From: Takakia lepidozioides
Taxonomy: Eukaryota; Plantae; Bryophyta
Assembly: GCA_030704615.1 (NCBI GenBank)
Contig: CM060731.1
Location: forward strand, 28,024,001 to 28,088,000
Direction: 5' to 3'
DNA: 64,000 bases
This document shows, one piece after another, positions 38,101 through 50,567 of the stretch (within the stretch, counting starts at the first letter, position 1; each line of letters begins with the position of its first letter). The notes under the pieces were generated by a model, which saw nothing but the letters and a program-made list of their open reading frames with translations, was not told the DNA's origin and made no database searches. Both the position numbers and the translations under genes were made by a program.

Positions 38101-41100
38101 TTATATCTCTTAAAAAGAAGGGAAACCCACTTATGTTTTTTTCCTGGATGTCAAAAAGGCTTATGACACAGTGTGGAGAGATGGCCTATGGTTCCGCCTC
38201 TGGTCTTGTGGGATCAAGGGAAAGATGTGGAGAGTTGTCCACAACTTGTATGCTCACACCAAAAGCTGTGTCACTGTTAACGGACAGAAGTCCAACTTCT
38301 TTGACATAGACCAAGGTGTAGCTCAAGGATGTACTCTCTCCCCTCTGCTCTTCAATGTTTTTATCAATGTCATCCGCAAACATAAGGGCTGGTATGGTGG
38401 TATCACCCACCCTTAACCCAAATCCCTCACTTTCCACATCCTCTAGGCATAGGGGAGACTCCAACCAATCTCCAGGAGTTGATTGATTGCGCGAAGAGAT
38501 ACTTTGATCTTTGGGGGCTAGAGGCTAATGTCAGCAAATGTGCAGTGGTAGCATTCAACGACAGAGGAGAGGGAGGAAGTGATCTTAAGTGGCAGTGAGA
38601 TCCCGGTCCTCCCTTCCTACACTTACCTGGGCGTTGAGTTTTCCTCCAATTGTAATTGGGATGCACATATCCGGAAAGTTGTTCAAACTGGCAAGGGCAA
38701 AGCTCTGGGGCTCACTAAATTTTTCCACTGCAGAGGGGTCAACTCTGAGGTTAAGAAAACCATGCTTTGTCGCGTTATTAGACCTGCCTTGGAGTACGGA
38801 TCTGCTATATGGGTTGATAACTCCAACCAGGCTAAGTCTCTAGAATCCATTCAAGTGGGGGTGCTTAAGGAGTGTATGTCAGCATGCTCCAAAACAGCCA
38901 ATGTGGCTGTTCGGGGTGAGTTTGGCATTCCGTCCTTAAGCTCCCGACGAGATGAATTCAAGGTCAGATGGTGGGGTCAGCTGCAACATATGCCCAACAC
39001 CAGATATCCTAAGTTAATCGACTCTATATCTTGGAAACAGGACCGCCCTGTCAAACAGGCTAAGTCCTGGCAGAAGAGAGTAGAAGAGATTCTCAAGGAC
39101 CTGGACCTGGATCCGCAAGTCTTGACCCTGCTGGATAAATCTGACTTAGAGGCTGTAGTGTCCTCAGCCATGTCTGTTGCCATGAGATTGTCTGATGAAA
39201 ATGAAGTTAGGCAGAAAACTTCCCTGAACTTGTTTCCAGTCAGTGACATGGGGGAGGACATCTTGGATGACCTCAAGGGTCTACCCACTCTCGGCACTAG
39301 ACTGAAATTTAAACTCAGGGCAGGAAGCCTACCTTTGAACAGCAAACAGAAGCAGAGAGGAAAGGGAGAGTGCAATTGCCCGCTGTGTGGGCAATCTGAA
39401 GACAGTATTGATGCTTGTGTGAAGGGATTTCTAGAGGATATCTGGAAAACCCGGATTAATTCTATATATGATGGTAAGTCACACTACCAACGTCAGCCCC
39501 TGACAGAGGTAGGTTCTGTTCCTTTTGTTCCCGCTCAAACTGGGCTCGGGGTCAATGGCCACAAGGCTACGGCAAACAACGTCTTATGAATACAATCTCT
39601 TTTATATCTGGCTCTGATTTTATCTCCTCTCTCATGTTGTCTTCCACTTTGTCCCATAAGCTCTACGAACTTTCCGCGGACGTTATAAAGCACCATTTTG
39701 TTCTCTCTCATGTACATTCTCTCTCTCTCACTCAGGCATGTATTAACTTTCTTTCTTTCCACCCAACTTAGACAAAAAAGTTTGCAGGGAATTGAGCCAA
39801 GATTTAGGGGCTGTCAATGACATCTACTGGACAGCATGATCCAGTGTCTGTCTTGCAACAGACGTGACAAAATATGTTTGGGCTGTCACTCACACAAGTG
39901 GGGATTTGAGGCTGGGTGAGAGGGGTGAAGCTGTTTGCATATCAAAACGTGTTGGGAAGCTTACTGGGTTTGGCAGTTGGAACGTTGCATGCTTTCTTCA
40001 CCATTTCTCCAGTTCGGGTGGAGTTACTTTTGCTCAAATCCTTGAGCTGGGTCCGTCTACCTTGTAGCACCTCAAGATAAGGAGCCAGTTTTTGCTGAAG
40101 GGACCCTCCTGGTCTAAGCGGACTCCCCACCATGCCATGGTTGGTCTTCCCATTTGTTGCTGACCCCTGAAAAGAAACAGTGATGGCCATAGACACAACA
40201 CAATGTTACCATGACCTCATTCCCATCTTTTCATTAGAATTCAGAGACCAAGTCATCATAACTTCAACCCAAGTGCTTAACTCAAGATACATACATTAAA
40301 TATCATACAGCAGAACTTAACTCAAAATTGTGCAGTGCTGGATGAAGTGTCATGAGGAACATGACAAAGTGATCAAGCAGTTCTCATCATGCATGCATCT
40401 GTTGGCCAAGTTTTTTTTTGTGAGATTGAAACAGGAAGCATTCTTTAGACATGAGTGTGATATGGGAAGAGCCCAAATTAATTAGAGACAACAAGGTAGG
40501 AAAATGCACAATACAAAGGTGGCTTCACAGTCCCAGCCTCTTGTTAACACATTCTCTTTGGAGGCTCAGTATTCATTTTCTGATACACTGTCCGGGGTTC
40601 TCTCACCAAAGAGATGCTCTCTTCAACTCTATCAAGGGAATTGTGCCTGTACCCCTGTTTACCAACTTTGAAAGTCTCGAGGCTGAGCCAAAAGCCCAGG
40701 CCCTCCTGAGGCCTAGTTTTTGGGCAAATCACACACAGCAGATTGATGCTTGTGTGAAGGGATTTCTAGAGGATATCTGGAAAACCCGGATTAATTCTTT
40801 ATATGAAGGTAAGTCTTACTACCAACGTCAGCCCCTGACAGAGGTAGGTTCTGTTCCTTTTGTTCCCGCTCAAACTGGGCGCGGGGTCACAAGGCTACGG
40901 CAAACAACGTCTTATGAGTACACTCTCTTTTGGAGGCTCCTTCTGGGGTTCGATTCCTTGTCACTGTACCAATAGGTTTGGCTTTCTGTTCATCCGGATA
41001 GGCCCTCATTTTATCTGTGGCTTTCTCTTTCTTTCTTTCCCTCTTCAACTGCCTTCCATTCTTCAGGGTGATTTTACCCACTTTCTCTTGGCTTAGTTTT

Positions 41101-43642
41101 CTGCCTGTGTTTGATTGAGCAACCAACTTTCTTGCAGCAGCGGGGTCTCCAGCTGTCCTGAAGACTAGCACACGTTTGAAGGAAGTCACCAGACTTTCTA
41201 CTTAACCAACTTGTACAAGCAAGTTAATCATGTGGGAGTCCAGCCCAATTAAGTGAACTAATGTTCACAATGGTTAAGTTCTCAGTCTAGGACAGATCCA
41301 ATTTGTACAGCTAGCACTGTGCAAGAATTTAGTGCTAGTGATGTAATGTCACTGTCAATTGCACAGGTGAAATTGCTCAGATCATCAGTAGTAGAAATTA
41401 CACACTAAGAAGATGGGTTTTACTTTTAGAAATTCTTACTTCCTCCATTTTTAGTGATCCTCTTCTGTTTGTTTTCTTGATCTCCTGTCCAACAAGTCCA
41501 GATCTCAGGGGTACTAGTTCATTCTCTGTCTCTCTGTGCCTCTTCGATTGGCTTCCGTGCCTGAGGGGTTCACATACGGTCTAAAGGCCCACTACTTTCT
41601 CATTTACTTTTGATGTTCCTTCTGAAAGTCTGTTATGTATCACTGAGTTTGCATTCTGTCCAACCGTACTGGCTCTCAGCATATCTGTTAATTCATCCTC
41701 TGTGCCTATCTGTCGGCTTTCTTGTATGGGGATCTGCAGCAGGGATTCGAGCTTTCCTGTTACAAGATTTAGCAAACGCACACCACAAATTTAATATCTT
41801 GGTGCTGCCCATGTCGATTTAGGGCCGAAACAGTTATGACATGCAAAGAAAAATGCTACCAATGGGAGGTTGAGAAACAGACGAAGAAGGGGAGGAGAGG
41901 AGAGAGACTTATAACGAAGACAGACATAAGCCAAAACTGCACCTTACGGTCAAAAGACTTGGTGGAGCTGGTCCGCAGAAACTTGGCCTCAGCCAAAATC
42001 CAATCAATGGATTTTGACAGGGCAACATACTCTTCACCATGTTCGGGAACTACAAAAGAGAAGGCACTACAACTGTGAGCAGGCATTTGTTCTTTAACTA
42101 CAAAACTCAAGCTCATTGCACACTTATTAGAGCTCCTGAGCAGACCTGACCATCAGTTTATGATGGCCCCTACACAATACCTGTTAGAAACAATTCGAGT
42201 TCGTTAAAATTAGAAGAGGCACTTTTTCGATTCAGTGTACAAAGTTTGTTGTGCAGGACCTGCATCAATGGATTCGGCATCAGTCTCTTTCGCTGTAGTT
42301 TGGACATTTGTGGTCTCTTGCACTGGATATGGCTGCTCTGGAAGCCTGAAGATTTAGAGCAGAAGAAGCCCTTAGTTCTTCTTGTAGCAATTTTACTTCG
42401 GTAAATTCTTCATCAGGAGAACAGAATCAACTTCACATTTTCTTCGATGGTACTAGCCCTCATTTCTCTCTTCCACTGTCTATTCCGCGGAACTCAATCT
42501 CTCACTGACGTCTTCCACTATGAGGATCAGAAATGCTTGGCAGCTTACCTGCCCAAGGCCTTGACCCTTAGACAATTCCTTCAGCAGTAGTTGCTTTTGG
42601 GCTGTTTTTTGGCTCTGGTTTTGTTTCCTCTCTTGTTTTTGCATTTTGTCCCGTAAGCTCTTTGAGCTTTCCGCGGCCGTTATGAAGTACCATTTCATTT
42701 CATTTCATTTCTCTTCTACACTGACACAGACCAATACAATCCAACCACTTCTTGAATGCTAATAAGACTCCCCACTGACTTCATGAGCTTTCACTACCGG
42801 GTGCAAACGCAATGAGAGTCTGCCATATTTTTCCATATTTAGAAACTCACCTTTGGCTCACAAATTGAATTGAGGCAGCATACTGCGATATTCCAAACTC
42901 TTCTATAGCCTGGGTGGCCCGCATGCGAGCCAACGCCTCTCCCAGAAACTCTACCACCTGCAGACAATCAGTGCAAATTTCGTTGAGATAAGCATTATGA
43001 TGTTAATGGTCACTTTCCGTTTGTTTTCAATCATGCCTTAGAGCTGTGGAGTATGCGAATGCCGACATACGGAATGCCAGAACCATAAGGGTTCCAAATA
43101 GATTTAGGAATCGGCAATGGAGTGCAGGGATGCTTGCTACATGTGAGGATTGTATAGTATAGCGAAACCACTACCTGCAGGGTTGCATCATCCAACTCAC
43201 GAGATCGCTGGTCTTCTTTCTCACTGCGGAGATCAAGGCAATTTGTTTGGGTTTAATTAGATCTCATCTAACAACACTTTAAAACACGCATTCAGGAATC
43301 AGAGTTGTGGCCCAGGGCACTCCTGATTACCCACTGAACCAGCGAACCTCCTGAGGCAGTTTCCAGCAACCAATATCATCACCATTGTGTTCAGAATTTT
43401 CGATGCCTCTATCTACATTAGGATGTACTTCACTGCCACACGAAACGGGAAATTGGAACCCAATTTGTGAACATGGCTACCACAACAATCCCTTCAAGAA
43501 GATACCTCTTTTTTCGATTTCAGAGGTGGAATGTGAAGGCTCCATGTACTTACCTGTTAAAATCGTCGTCTGCGACAGCATGGTGATGCTGCACGGGTTC
43601 TGAGAACTCTTCAGAAGGATGGCGATCGCTCCATGACTCCAT
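32200..43642 (-). CDS. Uncharacterised multi-exon gene, possibly damaged; 3' end uncertain
   Basis: In-phase GT-AG exon chain from ATG 43642: MESWSDRHPSEEF…DDDFNS / EVHPNV…WFSG / EKEDQRSRELDDATLQ / VVEFLGEALARMRATQAIEEFGISQYAASIQFVSQR / LPEQPY…IDAG / KLESLLQ… Further exon-like ORFs near 37.5-37.9, 35.4-36.1 and 33.6-33.8 kb. In-frame TAG at 41581-41583. Confidence 0.5.
32882..33087 (-). mobile_element. tRNA-derived SINE
   Basis: A box TAGCTCAGCTGG (33076-33065), B box GGTTCAAATCC (33032-33022), non-tRNA body, and related copies elsewhere in the window. Confidence 0.7.
34335..34708 (-). mobile_element. 374-bp TRIM with tRNA-derived LTRs (Helenus-like)
   Basis: LTRs 34335-34486 and 34563-34708 (TGTTGG…CCAACA), TSD CTCTA, PBS TGGTATCAGAGCC and PPT TGAGGGGGAG. 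Each LTR contains GGTAGCTCAGTGGTAGAGC…CTAGGTTCAATCCCTAG. Confidence 0.95.
36546..37296 (-). mobile_element. 5'-truncated LINE (RTE/RTEX-like 3' end) with (CATTT)n-like tail
   Basis: FRVGSHNLRIETGRW…RLCPAC…IETEEHFFFYCPLY. The tail region is shared with 42580-42710 and 39645-39700. Confidence 0.75.
38130..39589 (+). mobile_element. 5'-truncated LINE RT fragment with an internal micro-inversion and a deletion
   Basis: FLDVKKAYDTVWRDGLW…GVAQGCTLSPLLFNVFIN; the MFADD segment lies on the opposite strand; YTYLGV; IRPALEYG; CPLC. Confidence 0.85.
40565..40920 (+). mobile_element. Second 3' fragment of the same LINE
   Basis: 40742-40917 is nearly identical to 39407-39588. Also carries the HFLIHCP segment that the first copy lacks. 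Confidence 0.85.
42580..42710 (+). repeat. Short retroposon 3' end with (CATTT)n tail
   Basis: Inverted copy of 36546-36680: cagtagttgcttttgggctg…taagctctttgagctttccgcgg…ccatttcatttcatttcattt. Confidence 0.7.
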
Positions 43643-43980
43643 ACTCGCCCACGATTCTGTGATAGTGGAGAAGAGAAAGAAAATACTGTCCCCGTGCTGG
43701 GACTACGCTCAGGTTTCTTGAGGAAGTTGCACACATGCAGATGCTCTTGGATGAAGGCTCAGGATGTTTCTTGTCAGATGATGTTGAGAAAGATGTACGT
43801 CGATCAACGTTGCCAAGATCCTGTCTTCGGGCAAACAACGAGATTGTTGGATCGTATGGGAATGGAAGAGCCACCAACTGTTTGTTGAAGTTTTCGGAGA
43901 GCTGTCATGCCGGAGATAACAATCTTGCGCAGCCCTCTGCTTGAAGCGTTTTGACAGCATTGTGAATTAGGCGAAAGAAT

Positions 43981-46107
43981 GTGGTGGGTGAGAGTTGGGA
44001 TGTGAGCACAATGTGTAAGCAGGGCCTTCTGAAGGAGGCGGTGCAGAGATTGGATCTTATGGACCGACACGGGATTCGGGCCTGCTCTGACACATATGCT
44101 CGTCTCTTGCAGGGGTGTGCGAAGATGAAAGCCCTGGCAGATGGCAAGCAGGTCCACGCACATATGGTGAAAAGCGGATTTGAGCCAGATCTATTTGTGG
44201 GGAATTCGCTTGTGAGCATGTATGTGAAGTGCGGGAGTGTTGGGGATGCGCGCAGAGTGTTTGACAAAATGCTTAAACGAGATGTAGTCTCATGGACTGC
44301 GATGATTGCAGGATACGCTCAGCATGGGATTGGGAATGAGGCTTTAGCACTGTTTCGGCAAATGCAACGAGAATGTGTGAATCCAAACAAAGTCACCTTC
44401 CTTGGCATTCTCAATGCATGTGCCAGCCCAGTGTTCCTGGAAGAGGGCAAGCGGGTTCATTCCCTAGTTACCAGGAGTGGATTTGAATCAGACGTCCGTG
44501 TGGGGAATGCCCTTGTGAGCATGTATTGCAAGTGCAGGAGTGTGGTGGATGCGCGCAAAGTGTTCGACAGCATGTCTAGACGAGATGTGGTGTCATGGAA
44601 TGCGATGATTGCAGGATTTGCTCAGCACGGGTATGGCGAAGATGCTTTGGAACTTTTTGGGCGTATGCAACTTGACGGCGTGAAGCCAGACAGTGTCACC
44701 TTTCTCAGCATCCTCACCGCCTGTGCAAATCCGGGAGCCCTGGCTGAGGGTAAGCAGGTCCATGCCCACATCCTCAGAAGTGGATTTGAGTACAAAGTTC
44801 CTGTGGCAAATGCTCTCATCAGTATGTATGTCAGGTGTGGAAGCGTGCTGGATGCTCGCCAATTGTTTAACAAAATGCCTGAACGAGATGTGGTTTCATG
44901 GAATGCAATGATTCTAGGATATGCTCAGCACGGTCATGATGAGAAGGCATTTGATCTGTTCCAGAAGATGCAGCATGAAGGCATGAAACCGGACACCATC
45001 ACTTTCATGGGCATCCTAAACGTGTTTGCCAGCTTAGCAGCTCTAGAAGAGGGCAAGCGGGTTCATGGCCTCATCGTTGGAAGTGGATTCGACAGAGATG
45101 TCCGTGTGGGGACTACCCTCATCAACATGTATGCCAAGTGCGGCAGTTTGGTGAATGCACGTGAAGTATTCGACAAAATGCCTCACAGAAATGTGGTCTC
45201 ATGGACTGCAATGATTCTAGGATATTCTCAGCATGGGTATACCGAGGAGGTTTTTGAGCTCTTTGGTCAAATGCAGCATCTAGGTTTGAAGCCCGACAAG
45301 ATCACATTCGTTGGGGTTCTCTCGGCCTGCAGCCATGCAGGCCTAGTGAATGAAGGCCTGCACTACTTTCATGCCATGAGTCATAATTATGGCATTTCAC
45401 CAACAGAGGAGCATTGTGCCTGCATGGTGGACCTTCTTGGCCGTGCAGGAAGGTTGGAAGAGGCAGAGGACTTCATAAACAAAATGCCCCTTGAACCAGG
45501 TGCTTCCACATGGGGAGCCTTGCTCGGTGCCTGCAGAATCCATGGGAATGTGGAGCTCGCAGAACTTGCTGCAGAGCAGAAGCTTAGGTTAGAACCAGAC
45601 AATGCCGGAGTTTATGTGCTGCTGTCAAACATCTATGCTGCAGCTGGGAGGTGGGACGACAAAGCAAAGGTGAGAACAGTTATGGAAGACAAAGGTGTGA
45701 AGAAGGAGCCAGGGTGCAGCTGGATCGAGGTCAACAATAGGGTATATGTGTTCATTTCTGAGGATAGATCACACCCACAAACAGAGAAGATCTACGCGGA
45801 GCTTGAGGGATTGACCAGGCAGATGAAGGAAGCGGGTTTTGTGCTTGATAAGCGCTTCCTATTGCAGAAGGAACAGATCGAACTGTCTCTATGCTACCAT
45901 AGCGAAAAGTTAGCCATTGCTTTTGGGCTCATCAGCACACCCCCTGGGACAACTATCCGTATTATCAAAAACCTTAGAATATGTGGAGACTGCCACTCAG
46001 CCACCAAGTTCATATCCAAGATTGTTGGACGAAAAATTGTTGCAAGAGATGTTAATCGCTTTCATCATTTTGATAATGGGGTGTGCTCCTGTGGGGATTA
46101 TTGGTGA
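43981..46107 (+). CDS. PLS-class PPR protein with E1/E2 and DYW deaminase domain (organellar C-to-U RNA editing factor); first ATG at 44011
   Basis: Intronless ORF with repeated P-L-S triplets (DVVSWTAMIAGYAQHG), PG box PGCSWIEV, HSEKLA, CGDCH and terminal DYW. Confidence 0.97.
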   Translation: MVGESWDVSTMCKQGLLKEAVQRLDLMDRHGIRACSDTYARLLQGCAKMKALADGKQVHAHMVKSGFEPDLFVGNSLVSMYVKCGSVGDARRVFDKMLKRDVVSWTAMIAGYAQHGIGNEALALFRQMQRECVNPNKVTFLGILNACASPVFLEEGKRVHSLVTRSGFESDVRVGNALVSMYCKCRSVVDARKVFDSMSRRDVVSWNAMIAGFAQHGYGEDALELFGRMQLDGVKPDSVTFLSILTACANPGALAEGKQVHAHILRSGFEYKVPVANALISMYVRCGSVLDARQLFNKMPERDVVSWNAMILGYAQHGHDEKAFDLFQKMQHEGMKPDTITFMGILNVFASLAALEEGKRVHGLIVGSGFDRDVRVGTTLINMYAKCGSLVNAREVFDKMPHRNVVSWTAMILGYSQHGYTEEVFELFGQMQHLGLKPDKITFVGVLSACSHAGLVNEGLHYFHAMSHNYGISPTEEHCACMVDLLGRAGRLEEAEDFINKMPLEPGASTWGALLGACRIHGNVELAELAAEQKLRLEPDNAGVYVLLSNIYAAAGRWDDKAKVRTVMEDKGVKKEPGCSWIEVNNRVYVFISEDRSHPQTEKIYAELEGLTRQMKEAGFVLDKRFLLQKEQIELSLCYHSEKLAIAFGLISTPPGTTIRIIKNLRICGDCHSATKFISKIVGRKIVARDVNRFHHFDNGVCSCGDYW

Positions 46108-46599
46108 TCATGAGCTCTGGAACTCTCTTGAACTTAGTAATTGGTGATGGTGGGAAGACCTTTCCTCTACTGGGGGTCGTGTAGAGAGCATGCTGCGTGC
46201 ATTGGCCAGTGCAATCAGTGCGGGGAGGTCAAATAGGTGAAGAATTGAGTCACACGCACTTGGGTTGGCCATGGCAACTCCGACAAAGATGCTGTTGCTG
46301 TGCAGGTAAAGGGAGAGGGAGGTAGGGAGAAAATTATTGCAGACACTGTGCCTGATCCTTTTCTTACTACCCACCACATTCCAGCCTTGTGGGAAAGGCC
46401 GTTAGTCACACCAGTAACACCCTCCTAGGGCCTCTGTTTACATGCCATATTCCTTCTGTGCTGCTTCCTATGGTCTGCAGGGGTAGTTAAGGGCCACTTC
46501 CAGTATCATAGCCAATCACTATCGAGTCTTTTTTCTTCTTCCTCTGTTGGTTATTAGTTTGGTTATCAGACTTTCTTGCAAAAGAGCTGCTTTTGTACC

Positions 46600-48300
46600 T
46601 TGGGTTTGGTGTTGCTTTTCAAATGTGAATCTGGAATCAAGAGCACTTCAATCTTTTTTGACACCAATGGCAATTTGTACTTTTAATTTCATACCCAAGG
46701 GGAAACAGGACCAGGTTTGGTTTGAGGGCGATTTGCTCAGTCTGACAGAAGTAACCTGCTTCATGCCTGCAGGGAATGGCACAATATCTGGGGCTGGCAA
46801 ATGGGCAGTGCAGTATCTGAGCTTTGCTAGGACATTCTTTGCACCTTCTTTCGAGATGAACAGGCATGTCCACCTGTGCTCAGCAGTTTAATGAACATGG
46901 AGTGCCCAGTCTTTTCCCCAAACTGGAGTGCATGTCAGAAGCATGTGAGTTGCTCCGCCAGTACTGGCTATTCCCTTAAACTCTACTCGATTTAGGTTTG
47001 CACAATTTATTTATCCCTTTTACTCTTCATTCGATATATCTGTTTGAAGCCTTTTATATTGCGTATGGGAGCATGGATTCAAGTAGCTGCGACCAACTTG
47101 TTGTCAGATTCAGCGGAGATGTTTTGCAGAGGGTTGGGGGGCGGCGTCGTCTGTTGATCTTTGCAGCCAGGTATATATTTTGCATTGCTTTGTATTGGAG
47201 GTTAGACGCATCTGTGTAGGCCCCTCTGAAAGGATAGGGTGCAAACCAATCCATTAAGGATAGTAAAGTAGGCAACCACCAGCAGTACATCCTCAACATT
47301 CTATTACTGGGGAGCACCTCGTCAAAACTGCGAAGAATCAGCTCATTGGCAGGCGCTAATCTGTAATCTCCTATCTGTCTGTGTGAGTTTGGGTGGTCTC
47401 TTTTACACAACCATGACGGTAAACCTCATCATGAGTTTTCTGTGAATGTTGTTAGAGTGAGGTCAGTGGAAGAGACCTAAGCCATGGCACAGTCTCTTCA
47501 CTTTTAAAGCTCTGGACCTGCTCACTTCACATGTGACCCTAGGTCCATTGCTGGAAGGCGTTACCTGTGAGCCAGAGCTGCCACAAGGTTCTTGGTCTGC
47601 TCCAAAGAGGTTGTGCCAGGGTCTCATGTTTCCATTTGAGACACCCAAAAATAGACTGACAACTGTCCCTACAAAGATGGATAGTGGGATGGTAGGTGAA
47701 GGAAGATGAGGAGGGTTCCACTTTTATGACATTGTTGGAGGACCTCAAGGTGCAGGCCACCGATGCTGCAAATTAGACTTGCTTCCGCAGAGACTGTTGG
47801 TTCCAGCAATGAGCTTGACACATTGATTTGGACGAGTAGAGGAGAACAGAAACCTGGAGGACATCAAAGAGGAGGCAGAGGTAATTCCAGACACATGTCT
47901 AATTGTTTATCTTTTGTGTGCAAGTGAATTCCCTCAACTGATTGGCCAAATAAGGGACCTAGGTCTGGGTTGCTGCAAGTTCTCTTGTATGGCTGGATGG
48001 CAAATGGTTCAGTGCCAGGTTTGGAATGAGGGAATGACTCTTGTAGCAGGGGTTCCACTGCATGCCTTGATTTCCCATTTCAGTCCAAAAACGTAGTTTC
48101 TATGCATCTTAATCAGGCCAGAAGAAGTTTGGTTTGTAGTACTGCTAACAATGAAAAACGTCTTTTCTTAACTTCAAGTTCCCGAAGAGTGTGGCCTGTT
48201 TTTTGTATGCTTCTTTATTCGGCACATTTCCCAGTGTGGGAAACACCTTCGAATCCCACTGTTCGTCAATGCTGGGATTAAAGTAGATTTGTGCCAGGCT
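46600..48300 (-). mobile_element. Possible highly degenerate LINE/L1 remnant
   Basis: Only weak motifs (GLGL, CxxC…H…C), no intact domain. Confidence 0.2.
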
Positions 48301-48696
48301 TCAGCTGGTTCATGTTTTACTACTATCCCCTCCACCATGTCCCTGATCTTGGTTCTCAATCTCGATTACGTGGTCCATGAATTTGGTCTGCATGTACCTA
48401 TCCATTGGCATCGTTGTGCTTGCAGATTGAGGAGAGGGGAGCGAGTAGAGTCTAATGGGAAGAGGTTACAAAGTACTGAGGAGGAAACAGGTGCAGAAGC
48501 AACCTCTTGTCCTCGTGGTCCGTGGATAGCAAATGAAAGACATACATGCCCCTCTACAGTCTCTCCCTTGTATTCTACAACACATACATGGAGTACATGC
48601 AGGCCCTACCTTTTCATTCAATAAAATGGTGAATTCTAAACTTTGTTTGTTCAAGTTATAGTTTTAGAAAAAATATTCTCGCTATTTTAAAATATA

Positions 48697-48882
48697 GGAA
48701 ACCTGGATTGACAGCTCACACTTTGGGACTTTGGGCCCATCGCGGAAAAATTAATCCCCTTTCGTATGTAAGCCACAACTCAGCATACAGGAGACACCAT
48801 CCCCAGTAAGGTTGCAGGATTCTGAGCCTAAACCATTGGGGTGACACAAAGTGCACATCCAACAGAGCTATCTGCTGCTGGT
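48697..48882 (-). mobile_element. Degenerate copy of the tRNA-derived SINE
   Basis: gacagctcaca body motif and A-box-like TAGCTCTGTTGG on the minus strand. Confidence 0.5.
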
Positions 48883-50567
48883 AATTTTATATTCGTTTGT
48901 AGAAGTGGATCCATCAAGTACATATTTTAGGTCTCAAACCCCAATATTATGTCATTCACCACAATTTTCAGGAGATAAGACTTGTCGAATAAACCCCCTT
49001 TTGTGGTTGTGATATGAATGCAAAAACAATCTGGACACCCTATCAATGTAATGGAGAGATCAAAGCTAAATTTCTGGAGGCCTAAACATTTCATACTTAC
49101 GTTGTCTTTTCTCGGGAAATGTGGTGCAAGTGATGGTGAGATGGAGCATAACCCCTTATTATAATAACCCAGACCACCAGGTTTCTAGTTTCTAGTTTCT
49201 ACACCTCCTGCATCCTCAACAAAACAGCCAAGCAACAAGTCCAACTTGCATAAGCGGTGGCGATCGGAGTTGTGAAGGGTGCGGGTGCGGCACTCTCAAT
49301 ATCCATGAATACTTGAGAAGTAATCGCTCAACTCAGCTCGCATCGGGTTTCTCCCATTCACATACCCCTGCTCGTCATCAGGCTGCTCAACAAACGTTCA
49401 ACTCTTCAAAATGGATGAAAAATCGTAGCGAATAGATGGAAATGCTTACCGCCGTTGGACAGAGCAGCCCTACAAATGTAAGTAGCCCTTGTTGTCCAAG
49501 GGTCGAGTGTCAAGTGCCCTTCATTGGCCGGTGACACTGACTGCTGCAAAGGACGTCGACGTTGGGCCCCCTTTTTTCCATAATACACGGCAACTAAGTT
49601 AACGTGTAACGTAAGTTACTTAAGAGGCCTCTTGTTACCCGTCCAAGTTGCTTGCCCACATGGACGTCTACACGGACAGCGATACCACGTTGTGTATGCA
49701 CAACTTCCTTGCCTGCCAATGGCCCCATTGATCCTGAATGCACAAATGTGCTCACCTAGACTTGCCTCGCTTCAAATCGTGTGCGAAGGCTTTGGTTGGT
49801 TGAAGTGTTTTGTGTTGCGAGCCAAGGATGCTGACTAGATGGTAAGTAGAGGCAATGCACCACTAATTCATGCTCATATACACTCTGCAGGCCATGATTC
49901 AATCTGCTCAACTCGTGATCCAAGGTGAATGCTTCACAGATACAAGGGGATAATTAACTTGCTCTCTGTATGCCTAATTGCTCCGTGCGCGTCCTCATCA
50001 CAAGACTCCAGCGTAACTGCAGTAAGGCGGGATACGTAAAAAGTCATGTACGCTGCAAATACGGTTGGCTCTGATCGGCATTGTCGATAGCCAGGGTTAA
50101 GCCATATTCAGCGACTCATGGATGAAGTAGGCGGATTTTCGTCGGTTTTGGGGGGATTTTAGTTGTGAGGATGCCCCAATATTCAGGTAGCTGGTGGATG
50201 TCGTCCATCCCGTGATGGCCAGTAATTATGCTAATCCCGAGATACGGGGGTTGAGCAAGTGTTAGCGAGTGGAGTAATAAGTAGTGGCGGGTGGTGCTGA
50301 GCTTGTCCTGTCTCAGCTGTCACATCGCCGGGACACCTTGCAGGCCCTTCTGCCAGGATCCAAGGCGGCATTCTTCAAGCTCGCTCTTGCTCCAGGCATC
50401 CAAGCTTTGAATCACATCTAGTGTTGTAGTCTGGGGATGGAAAATCTGTTGGAATGCCACTCTTGCGCTCTGTGCCAGCCTTGCTAAGCTTCCCAATCTG
50501 CAGTCAGTGGATGCTGTAAACTTGCGCGCGGTTCAATCTTGCTGCACTACTCTGTGTGTTGATGCTC

